Shown: piece after piece, positions 15,878 through 25,126 of the stretch
Layout of the letters: the number at the start of each line of letters is the position of its first letter
Position numbering within the stretch: the first letter of the stretch is position 1
Source of the DNA: an uncultured bacterium
Lineage (GTDB): Bacteria; Gemmatimonadota; Gemmatimonadetes; Longimicrobiales; Gaopeijiaceae
Length of the DNA stretch: 54,777 nucleotides
Assembly (NCBI GenBank): GCA_965366355.1
Contig: CBDUEZ010000001.1
Span: forward strand, 1-54,777
Direction of reading: 5' to 3'
The notes under the pieces: model-generated
The model's input: only the letters and a program-made list of their open reading frames with translations
The model's database searches: none
Told to the model about the DNA's origin: nothing
Translations under genes and position numbers: made by a program

Positions 15878-18310
15878 TCAGTGCGAGGCTTCGTCAGTGA
15901 CGGTGCCGGGTTCGGCCTTCGTGCGGAACGCATCACTGCGCACCACACCCAGGATGAAGGCCGACATGCGGTAGTCCTCCGCCGCGGCCTGACGAGAGAT
16001 GGCTCGAATCGTCGGTTGGTCGAAGTGCTCGACCCGCCGGCCGATTGCGTAGGCCATCAGGTTTTCGGTAAAGGTCCGCACGAGCGGCTCCGGGCGATTG
16101 AGCAATGCGCTCCGGAGGTCCGTAACGGAGTTGAGGGGTGTTCCATCGTAGAGTTCACCACGAACGTCGACCAGGTTCCCCGCATCCTTGATCCTCCAAC
16201 GACCTGTGACGTCATAGTTCTCGAGGGCCAGGCCGAGCGGATCGATCACACGATGGCAGGAGTTACACGACGGATTCGCCCGGTGCAACTCCATCTGTTC
16301 GCGCACCGTCAAGAAGCGGCCGTCGTCGGCTGCATCGCCGGTCTCCTCCAGACCCGGAACGTCCGGCGGCGGCGGCGGCGGGGGTGTACCGAGAAGCACC
16401 TCCATCACCCACTTCCCACGCAACACCGGTGACGTGCGATTGGCATGCGAGGTGAGCGTGAGAATGCTCCCCTGCCCGAGCAATCCGCGGCGATGTTCCT
16501 CAGGGTAGACGACCCGCTTGAAGTCTTCGCCGGCGATCCCCGTGATGCCGTAGTGCCTCGCCAGTCGCTCGTTGGCGAACGTGTAGTCGGCCGTCAGCAA
16601 CTCGAGGACGCTCCGGTCTTCGGCAACCAGATTGTTGAAGAACCGAACGGTCTCCTCGACCATGTCCTCCGCCAACTGTGTGTCGTAGTCCGGGTACTTC
16701 AACGCATCCGGATGCACCTTCTCGATATCCGACAGTCTGAGCCACTGTGCAGCGAAACGCGTGCCGAGGCGTTCGGCCCGTGGGGCCGCCAGCATCCGTC
16801 GCACCTGGGCGTCGAGTACGTCGGGCTCCGACAGACGGCCCTCGTTGGCCAGCGTCATGAGTTCGGAATCGGGCGGCGCCCCCCAGAGGAAGAACGACAG
16901 CCGAGAAGCGAGGTCGTCATCCGACAGGGTGTAGACGCCGTCGGCCGTCGCCGTACCCTGGAGTTCCTCGATCCGGAAGAGGAAATGCGGGCTCGCCAGC
17001 ATGGCCTGGAGCGCAATGCCGATCCCGGCCTCGAAGCCGCCGAGTTCGTGGCCCTGGCGATAGAAGTTCATCAGGTCGGCGAGTTCGCCGTCCTCGAGCG
17101 ACCGCCGGTACGCCTTCGTCGCCAATCGCGACACGATGCTCGACGCGCAGGGCTCCTCTTCAGCCGCACTGGTCGGACGACAGGTGAAGATCTCCCGGCG
17201 ACTCGGAGTGTCGGACACGCCCGTGACCTTGTACGGGCCCCCGATCCGGAGTTCACGCAGGTGCGGAACCGTCGTGATGCCGTACGACAGCCCGATCTGG
17301 GTGTCGGCCAAGCTGTGCCCGATCGGCGCGATGATGTCGACGACCGGCCCCTCCTGCGTGGGGAGGAAGGCCGCAGACACTCGGCGCGGACCCGCCCGAA
17401 TGAAGACCGTCTCGGTCTCGATCTCCGTGCCGTCGGGATCCGACTGCGACATCCAACGGTCGATCTCCATCAGCGCGACCCGCTCGCCGTCGATCGAGAC
17501 TTCCAGCATCTCGCCCCGAGCGGTGCGAGCGAACATCTCGCCCGTCGGCGTCGGCTGCAGAAGAACGCGAAAACGGTACTCTCCGTCGGCTGCGAAGGTA
17601 TGGACCGTGCTGATCCCCCCTCGTGTGCCGAAGGGCGTGCCCTCGATGTGCTCGTTCTGCGAGGCCAGGCGAGGCACCTTGTAGGTTGCCTCGCTCGGAA
17701 TCGCCCTGGGGTCGCCCACCGCGAGCCGGCTGACTTCTCCAGCCGCATTCAGGTAGGCATCCATGAGAACCGGAGACAACATCTGGGCGTCGGCGATGTT
17801 GTCGAAGTTCGCGCTCTTCGTATCGGGGGGCAGGTAACCGGACGCGTCGATGTCGAGCGCGAGAAGGTCCCTCACCGATGCGGCATACTCGGCCTGGTTG
17901 AGTCGCTGGAAGGCGCGCGTTCCCGGATTGGGCGACAACATCGCAGCCGAATCGATCGTCGACTCGAGCTGGGTCACCAAGCCCTCGAGAACGCTCTCGT
18001 CCGGGCGGCGAGATCCGGCCGGAGGCATCATGCCCGCGCGCAGTTTGCGGATCATCGCCTCGGCGACCTGCGCCTGCTCATGGGCCGATCCCGCGTCGAA
18101 GCTATCGAGGGAGAAGTTACCGACGAGCCGGCGGTCGTTGTGACAACGCTGGCAATACTCCTCGATCACCTCGTTGCTCTGGGCCGGATCGATGGGTCGA
18201 ACGGAGGCCATACCCGGATCGGGTAGGGGCCCACTGACGGCGGAACTCGTATCGACCGATCCGCCGAGAAGCAGCAGGCCGAGCCCGCCAAGAAATACGA
18301 CTGCCTTCAT
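15878..18310 (-). CDS. DUF1592/1588/1595/1587/1585-domain c-type cytochrome (planctomycete PSD/PSCyt-like)
   Basis: Two CxxCH motifs (CQRCH, CNSCH). Also KLRAGMMPP, RLNQAEY, LASRLSFFLW, FAAQWL, TSPVLRGKWVMEVLLG and DPLGLALENYD. Start at ATG 18310 (MKAVVFLGG, signal peptide). Confidence 0.9.
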   Translation of the reverse strand: MKAVVFLGGLGLLLLGGSVDTSSAVSGPLPDPGMASVRPIDPAQSNEVIEEYCQRCHNDRRLVGNFSLDSFDAGSAHEQAQVAEAMIRKLRAGMMPPAGSRRPDESVLEGLVTQLESTIDSAAMLSPNPGTRAFQRLNQAEYAASVRDLLALDIDASGYLPPDTKSANFDNIADAQMLSPVLMDAYLNAAGEVSRLAVGDPRAIPSEATYKVPRLASQNEHIEGTPFGTRGGISTVHTFAADGEYRFRVLLQPTPTGEMFARTARGEMLEVSIDGERVALMEIDRWMSQSDPDGTEIETETVFIRAGPRRVSAAFLPTQEGPVVDIIAPIGHSLADTQIGLSYGITTVPHLRELRIGGPYKVTGVSDTPSRREIFTCRPTSAAEEEPCASSIVSRLATKAYRRSLEDGELADLMNFYRQGHELGGFEAGIGIALQAMLASPHFLFRIEELQGTATADGVYTLSDDDLASRLSFFLWGAPPDSELMTLANEGRLSEPDVLDAQVRRMLAAPRAERLGTRFAAQWLRLSDIEKVHPDALKYPDYDTQLAEDMVEETVRFFNNLVAEDRSVLELLTADYTFANERLARHYGITGIAGEDFKRVVYPEEHRRGLLGQGSILTLTSHANRTSPVLRGKWVMEVLLGTPPPPPPPDVPGLEETGDAADDGRFLTVREQMELHRANPSCNSCHRVIDPLGLALENYDVTGRWRIKDAGNLVDVRGELYDGTPLNSVTDLRSALLNRPEPLVRTFTENLMAYAIGRRVEHFDQPTIRAISRQAAAEDYRMSAFILGVVRSDAFRTKAEPGTVTDEASH

Positions 18311-18536
18311 GCCATGCCTCACGTTGGATTGTAGTACCGCCCCGCAACCACTCCAGACCCACACCGAGTGTGGGATACAATACGGCCTAGCCCCGCTCTC
18401 GCGCCAGCACTTCATGTCACCGGAACCGCCCGCAAGAGCCTGTCCCGGTGGCTCATAGCCAATTCCGGGGGACCCCCTGTCCACCTATGACAGCCCGGGG
18501 CCCCGAAGTGTTGAAGACCGCGACGTCCGGCGTGCG

Positions 18537-19100
18537 TCAGCCGCCCCCCGCCGGCTCCCCGAATCGGAGGATACTCGACAGCGCGCCGCCGTCCGGCGTG
18601 AGGTAGAGCACGTAGATTCGGTCGTACTCGTCGACGCCGATCGCCGCCCCCGGGTCGCCACCGAGCTGACCCACCAGAGCCGGCGATGTGTTCGAGTGCC
18701 CCACGACCAGGTGTCGGCCCGGCGATCGGAGAACCGCATGGAACGCCTCCGTGGAGGCCCTGTCTCCAGGATTGTACGGGTCAACCTCGAGTCCCAGGGC
18801 CTGCGCCAGGGGCGCGGCGGTCTGCATGGTACGGCGGTACGGAGTGGAGTGGATGCTCGTGATCCCCGCCTCCCCGAGAAATCGAGCGAGTTCCTGCGCG
18901 CGGGCGTGCCCGACATCAGACAAATCCGGGTCGGGTTGATCATCCATTCCGGCGTCGGCCCGCTCCGCGTGCCGCACCACCCAGACGATCGACACCGCGT
19001 CCCCACCCGAATCTTGCGCTGCGGTCGGGGCGGCCACCGAAAGGACCACCAGGGCGACGCCGAAGAACATCCGGCTGAGGGCGCATCGTCGAGTCGTCAT
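18537..19100 (-). CDS. Secreted histidine phosphatase family protein (phosphoglycerate mutase/SixA-like)
   Basis: Motifs VVRHAER, STPYRRTMQTA and VVGHSNT. Signal peptide from ATG 19100. Confidence 0.88.
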   Translation of the reverse strand: MTTRRCALSRMFFGVALVVLSVAAPTAAQDSGGDAVSIVWVVRHAERADAGMDDQPDPDLSDVGHARAQELARFLGEAGITSIHSTPYRRTMQTAAPLAQALGLEVDPYNPGDRASTEAFHAVLRSPGRHLVVGHSNTSPALVGQLGGDPGAAIGVDEYDRIYVLYLTPDGGALSSILRFGEPAGGG

Positions 19101-19135
19101 CGTCAAGCTCCGCAGAAAGAAAGGGTCGCGCAGTA

Positions 19136-19825
19136 TCACAGAGTCCCAGCCCATTGCGCCAGTCTCCCGGCGAGGGAACGGATCACGTCGGCGTCGTCCC
19201 GGCCGGATCGCTTTCGCACATGGAATCCGTGGTCCGCGTCATCCTCGATATGAAGGATCGAGCCCGGCGGAAGGGTCGCCACCAACGGCCGGAGCAGATC
19301 GATCGCTCCCATCTTGTCGCGGGTGCCCTGCAACACGAGCACCGGGATGGTCAGATCCCGGAAGTGGGCAGCCCGATCCGTGCCCGGCCTGCCGACCGGA
19401 TGCAGCGGGAAGCCGACCAGGGCGATCCCCGCCACACCGGGAAGGGGCTGATCGGCGGCCGCGGTCGAGGTCATTCTGCCTCCAAACGACTTGCCGCCCG
19501 CGATCAGGCGCGCCCCTGGAATCCGTCGGTCACGCAGGCGCCGCCCCTCGGCGACCGCGCGGCGAACGGCGGCGACCGCGACCGGTTTCCTGTCCGGGCG
19601 ACGGCCACCCGCCGCCATATAGGGAAACTCCCACCGCATCGTGGCCACTCCGGCTTCCGCCAGCGCCACGGCCAATTCCTCCATGAACGGATGGCGCATG
19701 CCCGCGCCCGCGCCGTGGGCAAGAACGAGAAGGGCGTGGGCCCCGTCGGGCGCCAGAAGCAGAGCCGGCAGCTCGCCGTCTTCGGGAGTGTCGGGAGCAA
19801 TCGCGATCAGTTCGCTCTCCAGCAA
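19136..19825 (-). CDS. Alpha/beta hydrolase (KANSL3/Tex30-like family)
   Basis: Motifs LAHGAGAGM, GGKSFGGR (nucleophile Ser), GFPLHP, QGTRD and DADHGF. Start set at TTG 19825, which follows GAGAGG. Confidence 0.85.
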   Translation of the reverse strand: MLESELIAIAPDTPEDGELPALLLAPDGAHALLVLAHGAGAGMRHPFMEELAVALAEAGVATMRWEFPYMAAGGRRPDRKPVAVAAVRRAVAEGRRLRDRRIPGARLIAGGKSFGGRMTSTAAADQPLPGVAGIALVGFPLHPVGRPGTDRAAHFRDLTIPVLVLQGTRDKMGAIDLLRPLVATLPPGSILHIEDDADHGFHVRKRSGRDDADVIRSLAGRLAQWAGTL

Positions 19826-20021
19826 GGCGGGACCTCTCGGTTGATCGTGGGGTGGCGGAGATCGAGTACCCTCGACTATCGCCCGATGCACGGCCGAGTT
19901 CCCGGTGGAGGAGGCCGAGGAGCCTCGGGCTTCACCTTCGGCACATCTTCGAATACCGTGAGAAAGCGATTCGGAGGTGTCTTCATGGACGCCCGGGGAG
20001 TCTCGTTTCAGGGGTCGATCG

Positions 20022-20555
20022 ATGTGTGGACGTGGATGGGTGGCTGCAATGCTCGGCTTGGTCCTTCTGCCAACGGCTTCACAGGCCCAGGTCGAAAATG
20101 AGGTCCTGCCGTCGCCGAGGATCGTACTGGTCGCGGCAGCGGTGACCACCGCCCTCGACGACATCTCCGGCGCCGGCGACGGAAGCATGGTCGGCCTGCG
20201 ACTGGACCTTCCGCTCGGCAGACGCGCGATCCTGGAGCCGTCGCTCGAGCGCTTGTCGCTGGACGGCGATCCGGACGCCCAGGTGCGTTGGCATGTGGAC
20301 TTCGGAATTCGCGCGGAGATGGCCGTCGGGTCGGTTCACCCCTTCATCGGGGCGTCCCTCGGCGCCCTTCTCTGGCCGGGCGACGATCGACCGACGGCGG
20401 GGGACTTCGTCGCAGCCACCTACGGCGGCCTCACGGGACTCCGCTACGACGTCACGGACCGGATCGGCTTGCGAGGCGAGCTGCGGCATCGCCTGCTCGA
20501 CGGCCTCGACTCGTCGATCACCACCTACGGGGTCGGGTTAAGTTGGCGCTTCTGA
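20022..20555 (+). CDS. Small outer-membrane beta-barrel protein
   Basis: Signal peptide, amphipathic strands (VHPFIGAS, GLRYDV, GLRGELR) and C-terminal YGVGLSWRF. Start uncertain (19977 or 20022). Confidence 0.72.
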   Translation: MCGRGWVAAMLGLVLLPTASQAQVENEVLPSPRIVLVAAAVTTALDDISGAGDGSMVGLRLDLPLGRRAILEPSLERLSLDGDPDAQVRWHVDFGIRAEMAVGSVHPFIGASLGALLWPGDDRPTAGDFVAATYGGLTGLRYDVTDRIGLRGELRHRLLDGLDSSITTYGVGLSWRF

Positions 20556-21803
20556 CCCGGACGGATCGGGGGGCGGGCCCACCGCGGGGTCGGAGTCGAC
20601 GGCGTCGCCGGCAAGCGCCTGGGTGATCACGGCGGCAGCCATGTGACCCGTCATGTTCGTCGCACTTCGGAACATGTCGGGAATCCGATCGACCCCCAAC
20701 AGGATCCCCAGCCCCGCAAACGGCGCGCCGACGGCACTCAGGGCCGGAGCGAGAGTCATGATGGAGGCGCTCGGCACGGGAGCCACCGTCGACGCAGCGA
20801 AGAAGCAGGCGAGGCCCGCGCCGACCCAGGCTCCGCCGGGTACCTGGATGCCATACAGCCAGGCGACGAAGACGACCGACGCGCCTTGAAAAAGACCGCT
20901 CCCCGCCCGGTTCAGGGACGCGGCGAGCGGGAGCACGAGGTCGGAGACCCTGCGCGACACCCCGAGAGCGGGCGCGTCGCGCAAAAGAACCGGAAGCGTC
21001 GCAACGCTGCTGGTGGTCGTGAAGCCCACCATATAACTCGCGATCGTCCCTTCGATGAAACGCCGGGGGCGGACCTTACCGATGAGGGCGACCGCGGGCA
21101 GATAGACCACGATCATGAACACGAACAACGTCACGATCACGGTACCCACGAATACCGCGAGGGACTGGAGGAGGCCAAGGCCCATTCGGGCCGTCGCGGG
21201 CGCCGCCAATCCGAAGATCCCGACCGGAGCCGTCCACAGAATCCAATGGACCAGTCGGATGAAGGCCTGTGATACGGCGTCTGCGATCCCGACCAGGCGC
21301 TCGCGTGCCTCGACGGCCAGCGTCCCGGCGGCCGCACCGAACAGGACCGAAAAGACGAGAAGGGGGAGGAGCCGGCCCTCGGCCGCCGCCGCGAACGGGT
21401 TCCGGGGAATGAGCCCGACAATGAAGTCGACGATGCCGGGGAGTTCTGCGACGTCGGGACGTATGGCCACCTCGGGCAAAGGCACGGGCGGGACCCATCC
21501 GAGCACGAGGTGCATCGCGGCCATCCCCATGACGACGGCCGGAGCCGTTGTCGCCAGAATGAACCCCAGAGACACGCCGCCCAGGCGCCCCAGCGTGCGA
21601 GTATCGCCCAGGCGGGCGACCCCGGCGAAGACGATCGCCATCACGAGGGGGATCACCACCATCTGGATGGCGCCGATGAAGAGGTCGCCGACGGGGGCCG
21701 AGGCAGCCGCGACGGTGTGTAGGATCGGGGATCCGGTCACGGACGCGGCGAGGCCCACGACCAGCCCCGCGACCAGACCCACAAGCATGAGACGGTTGTT
21801 CAT
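20538..21803 (-). CDS. Dicarboxylate/amino acid:cation symporter (DAACS, GltP-like)
   Basis: Motifs MVVIPLV, LIPRNPF, APVGIFGL, GFTTTSSVATLP and GVDRIPDMFRSATN. Confidence 0.93.
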   Translation of the reverse strand: MNNRLMLVGLVAGLVVGLAASVTGSPILHTVAAASAPVGDLFIGAIQMVVIPLVMAIVFAGVARLGDTRTLGRLGGVSLGFILATTAPAVVMGMAAMHLVLGWVPPVPLPEVAIRPDVAELPGIVDFIVGLIPRNPFAAAAEGRLLPLLVFSVLFGAAAGTLAVEARERLVGIADAVSQAFIRLVHWILWTAPVGIFGLAAPATARMGLGLLQSLAVFVGTVIVTLFVFMIVVYLPAVALIGKVRPRRFIEGTIASYMVGFTTTSSVATLPVLLRDAPALGVSRRVSDLVLPLAASLNRAGSGLFQGASVVFVAWLYGIQVPGGAWVGAGLACFFAASTVAPVPSASIMTLAPALSAVGAPFAGLGILLGVDRIPDMFRSATNMTGHMAAAVITQALAGDAVDSDPAVGPPPDPSGSEAPT

Positions 21804-21878
21804 CCGACCGAAGGTAGTGCTGGCGGCTCGATCCCGCGCCCCACATGCTTCTTCAGCCTATCTGCGAAGAGAGCCGAG

Positions 21879-22358
21879 ATGAAACGAACGAGTGCGGTCG
21901 CCATGGTGGGAGGCACCTGGGTCTCGGTAGCCGTCGTCGTGGGAGCCCGTCTACACGCGCGAGGCGGCGTGTTCGGTGAAGCCGTCGGTCTCGGCGCCTC
22001 CATCGGCGCACAATTGCTTCAGGGATTGCCCTGGATCGGTGCCGGCGCCATAGCCTGGTGGGCAGCGGGGCGTTGGCCGCTGAGGCGGTCCGATCTGCTC
22101 CGTCCGATCACGTTCCACGCCTGGATCGGCCTGGGGGTCGTGGCCGCCCAACAGGTGCTGACCACCGCGCTGAGTACCCTGCTCCCGATGGGGCTGCGAC
22201 CTCTCGATCCATGGGAACGACTACCCGAACACCTCACATACCGGGGTCCGATCGCACTGGTCGTCTACCTGATCATCGTCGCGAGTTGTCTCGCGCTGCG
22301 CGCCGGGTCGAGCGCCGCTCAGGACGTCCCTGCCGCCGGAAGTGACGAATCACCCTGA
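21879..22358 (+). CDS. Hypothetical four-TM membrane protein
   Basis: 159 aa with four hydrophobic segments. It resembles the membrane input region of LytS-type sensors but has no kinase domain. Confidence 0.6.
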   Translation: MKRTSAVAMVGGTWVSVAVVVGARLHARGGVFGEAVGLGASIGAQLLQGLPWIGAGAIAWWAAGRWPLRRSDLLRPITFHAWIGLGVVAAQQVLTTALSTLLPMGLRPLDPWERLPEHLTYRGPIALVVYLIIVASCLALRAGSSAAQDVPAAGSDESP

Positions 22359-22699
22359 TGGCTCCTGCGCCGCGCCGTTTTTCGCGCGCGTTCCTCGGCC
22401 TCGACCATTCGGTCGAGGAAAGCCCGTTCCGTCGTCGTGAGGGCCCGAACGTTGGTGGCTCGCAGCTTGGTCAACACCTTCTCCATCTCTTCGCGGTTGA
22501 CCTCGTGCAGGAGGGAAAGATCGAGCGACTCCCAGCGATCCTTCGCCTCCAGGTCCATGACGTACAGCGACCTGTACTCCGAGTTCGGGGCCTCGACGCG
22601 GCGACGTTTCTGCGCCTTTCGGGCCCGGCGATAGAGGACCCACACCACGCCGACGGCGATGGTGTTCAGTCCAAGCAATATGAACAGCAGAATAGTCAT
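22319..22699 (-). CDS. Hypothetical single-pass membrane protein with a DUF6576-like C-terminal helical motif
   Basis: N-terminal TM segment followed by a basic patch, then EMEKVLTKLRATNVRALTTTERAFLD. Confidence 0.7.
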   Translation of the reverse strand: MTILLFILLGLNTIAVGVVWVLYRRARKAQKRRRVEAPNSEYRSLYVMDLEAKDRWESLDLSLLHEVNREEMEKVLTKLRATNVRALTTTERAFLDRMVEAEERARKTARRRSHQGDSSLPAAGTS

Positions 22700-22844
22700 G
22701 GCGGTCGTGCGGTTCGAGGGCTTCTCTCCTATCAGACGCGTTGAGCGGCCATATGGTTTCGTCTGGGGTTGGGTGGTGGTACCGGGAACACCATCTTTTC
22801 TGCGTCCTCGAGAGCCCTCGCGTCCCTACCCTGGAGTCGTCGTC

Positions 22845-23780
22845 ATGCCGGCCTCGATCCTGTCGATCATCACCCTCGCCGTGCTGGGATCGGGTCGAAT
22901 CGGAACGCTATCACCTCTCCCCCCGTGGGGCGAGACCGGGCACATCATGGCTGCGCGGGCCGCGGTCGAGATTCTCCCCCCATCGATGCCCTCCTTTGTC
23001 CGAACGGCGGGCGACCGACTCGCGTGGCTCAATCCCGAACCCGATCGGTGGCGCAGTCGCGATCTCGGGGCCATGGACCAGGCCTTTTCCTACGACCACT
23101 ACATCGACCTGGAAAATGTGCCGGCGGGCGCCCTCGATGCCCCCAACCGCTGGCGATTCCTGGCGGCCCTCTACGAAGCGGGAATCGAGCGGCCGGAGCG
23201 GGATGTCGGGTTCCTGCCCTACCGCATCGAGGAGTTGTATCAGCGCCTGTTGACGGGCTTTCGCCAGTGGAGAACAACGACTGGGCCGGAAAAAGCGTGG
23301 ATCGAGGAGCGCATCTTGAACGATGCAGGGGTTCTCGGGCACTACGTGACCGACGGGTCACAACCACACCACACGACGATCCACTTCAACGGGTGGAACG
23401 CGTCGGGGGCCCAGCAGGCGCCGAATCCGGAGGGGTTCAGCGTGGAGAGAGACTTCCACGCCCGGTTCGAGACCGGGTTCGTGAGGGCCCACGTGCGCTA
23501 TGAAGACGTGCGCAGGCGGATGCCGCGACGAGCCCTCGAAATCGGGACTCCGGATCAAGTGGGAGAGGCCGTCCGCGCCTTCCTGTTGGAGACCCATGAT
23601 CAGGTCCCGGCCCTGTACCGTCTGGAGAACACCTCTCGGTTCGACCCCGAGGGGAGCGCGACCGACGACCAGGTCGACTTCACCGCCGACCGACTCGCGG
23701 CCGGAGCCACACTCCTCGGTGCGCTCTGGTGGAGCGCCTGGCTCGACAGTGCGCGGCCGATCCCGAACGAAGGGCGGTAA
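22845..23780 (+). CDS. S1/P1 nuclease / phospholipase C-like zinc enzyme
   Basis: Motifs WGETGH, PDRWR, HYIDLE, LGHYVTDGSQPHH and HARFE. Start at ATG 22845. Confidence 0.85.
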   Translation: MPASILSIITLAVLGSGRIGTLSPLPPWGETGHIMAARAAVEILPPSMPSFVRTAGDRLAWLNPEPDRWRSRDLGAMDQAFSYDHYIDLENVPAGALDAPNRWRFLAALYEAGIERPERDVGFLPYRIEELYQRLLTGFRQWRTTTGPEKAWIEERILNDAGVLGHYVTDGSQPHHTTIHFNGWNASGAQQAPNPEGFSVERDFHARFETGFVRAHVRYEDVRRRMPRRALEIGTPDQVGEAVRAFLLETHDQVPALYRLENTSRFDPEGSATDDQVDFTADRLAAGATLLGALWWSAWLDSARPIPNEGR

Positions 23781-23836
23781 ACAGACTCCCCGTCAGGCGT
23801 ACCCCTCGGTGTCCCCTCCCCTCCACCGAGCGTGAA

Positions 23837-24439
23837 ATGCGCCTACTTTCGAGTCCGCTTCTCATCGCCGTCCTCGCACTACCCGTGACGGCGCAGACTC
23901 CCCCCTCACTCCCGACAGCCGGGGACTGGTCGCTGGCCGGGACCCTCTTCACCGACTCGCCCAGCTCCGTTCTCGGCATCGGTCGTATGATGACAGATCG
24001 GTTGTCTCTTGGCCTGGAGATCGATCTTCGCACGAGCGACGCCGACGAAAAAATCACCTCGAACGCGTCGAACGTCGTGACGAGGGGCCAGGCCACGTCG
24101 ACCGATCACACCATCGGCCCGACCTTGAAGTGGTACGGAACCCGGGAAACGCCGGTCTCGCCCTATGTGCGGGCGAAAGTGGCCGTCGGATGGGACGACA
24201 ACGAGCTGGTCGTGCAGGGTGATCAACAGCAGTATCAGGACACCTTCACCATCCAGGGCTCGCTGTCGATCGGTGCCGAATGGTATCCGTTGCGATACCT
24301 GTCGATCGGCGGTCACGCGGGACTGCAATGGCTGCGTGACGACGTCGACTCGGCGGCCAACGGAATCGTCCGGGACCGATCGACCACGTCGTGGGGCACG
24401 TTCCGCTCCGGCCTGGAGGTGCAGTTCTACTTTCGATAG
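23837..24439 (+). CDS. Outer-membrane beta-barrel protein
   Basis: Signal peptide MRLLSSPLLIAVLALPVTA|Q, strands VSPYVRAK and IGAEWYP, C-terminal GLEVQFYFR. Confidence 0.78.
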   Translation: MRLLSSPLLIAVLALPVTAQTPPSLPTAGDWSLAGTLFTDSPSSVLGIGRMMTDRLSLGLEIDLRTSDADEKITSNASNVVTRGQATSTDHTIGPTLKWYGTRETPVSPYVRAKVAVGWDDNELVVQGDQQQYQDTFTIQGSLSIGAEWYPLRYLSIGGHAGLQWLRDDVDSAANGIVRDRSTTSWGTFRSGLEVQFYFR

Positions 24440-24529
24440 CGGGGTTTCGATGACGGGCCTGCAACTTCTCCGGTCCCACACCCGTCCAACCTCATAGGGG
24501 TGTGCGCCTGGGATCCACCAGAGGGGACG

Positions 24530-24877
24530 ATGACCCGAATGAATCGCGACAAGACCGATCAGAGCGCTTCACGGGTCCCTCAGGGACTCGATGAGATTCT
24601 CAACATCTTCGCCCTGGCCAATAGTATCGATCTGGTGCAGGGGGAGGAGCGCAATCGAGTGCTCGAGTGGTATCGGGATCGCGGCGCTCGACGGATCCAC
24701 CTGATTCCCGGCGAGGGGTCGAGCTACGACCTCGATGTGGCCGCCGAGTTCACCCTGGAGGGAGTTCGACGCGAGGTGCGCGATCGATTTCGATCGGGCG
24801 TCGCCGCGGGAGAACTGCGGGCCCTGCTGGTTGAAGCGATCGATGCCGCCAACGCCCTGGAAGGAGACCGGGAGTGA
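24530..24877 (+). CDS. Hypothetical protein
   Basis: 115 aa. GAGGGG precedes ATG 24530 and the stop overlaps the next start (GTGA). Confidence 0.65.
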   Translation: MTRMNRDKTDQSASRVPQGLDEILNIFALANSIDLVQGEERNRVLEWYRDRGARRIHLIPGEGSSYDLDVAAEFTLEGVRREVRDRFRSGVAAGELRALLVEAIDAANALEGDRE

Positions 24878-25125
24878 CGGCGACACCGTACTCCCCCATC
24901 GATTGCGGGCTCCACGACGAACTTCAGCTTCGCGTGATGCGTGGCCGAGACGTCACCGTGACATGGGTCGGCGACGACGGCACGCCCCAGCGTTCCACCG
25001 GCCGCGTCATCGACGTCTTCAGCCGGGCCGGCGCGGAGTTTCTGCGCCTTGCTGACCAGCGCGAGATCAGGCTCGATCGGCTTCACGAGGTCGACGGGAT
25101 CGCCTTCCACTCCGACCCCTGCTGA
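24874..25125 (+). CDS. rof: Rho-binding antiterminator Rof (YaeO) family protein
   Basis: YSPIDCGLHDELQL...EFLRL...EIRLDRL matches the Rof pattern Y.PI.C...D.L / EYL / RLD. Length 83 aa. Confidence 0.82.
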   Translation: MTATPYSPIDCGLHDELQLRVMRGRDVTVTWVGDDGTPQRSTGRVIDVFSRAGAEFLRLADQREIRLDRLHEVDGIAFHSDPC

Positions 25126-25126
25126 C

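Noticed and set aside
18358-18374. Hairpin CCCACAC-CGA-GTGTGGG in the leader of the DUF1592 operon as a riboswitch
   Set aside because: It is only a 7-bp stem with no recognisable aptamer consensus, which is insufficient support.
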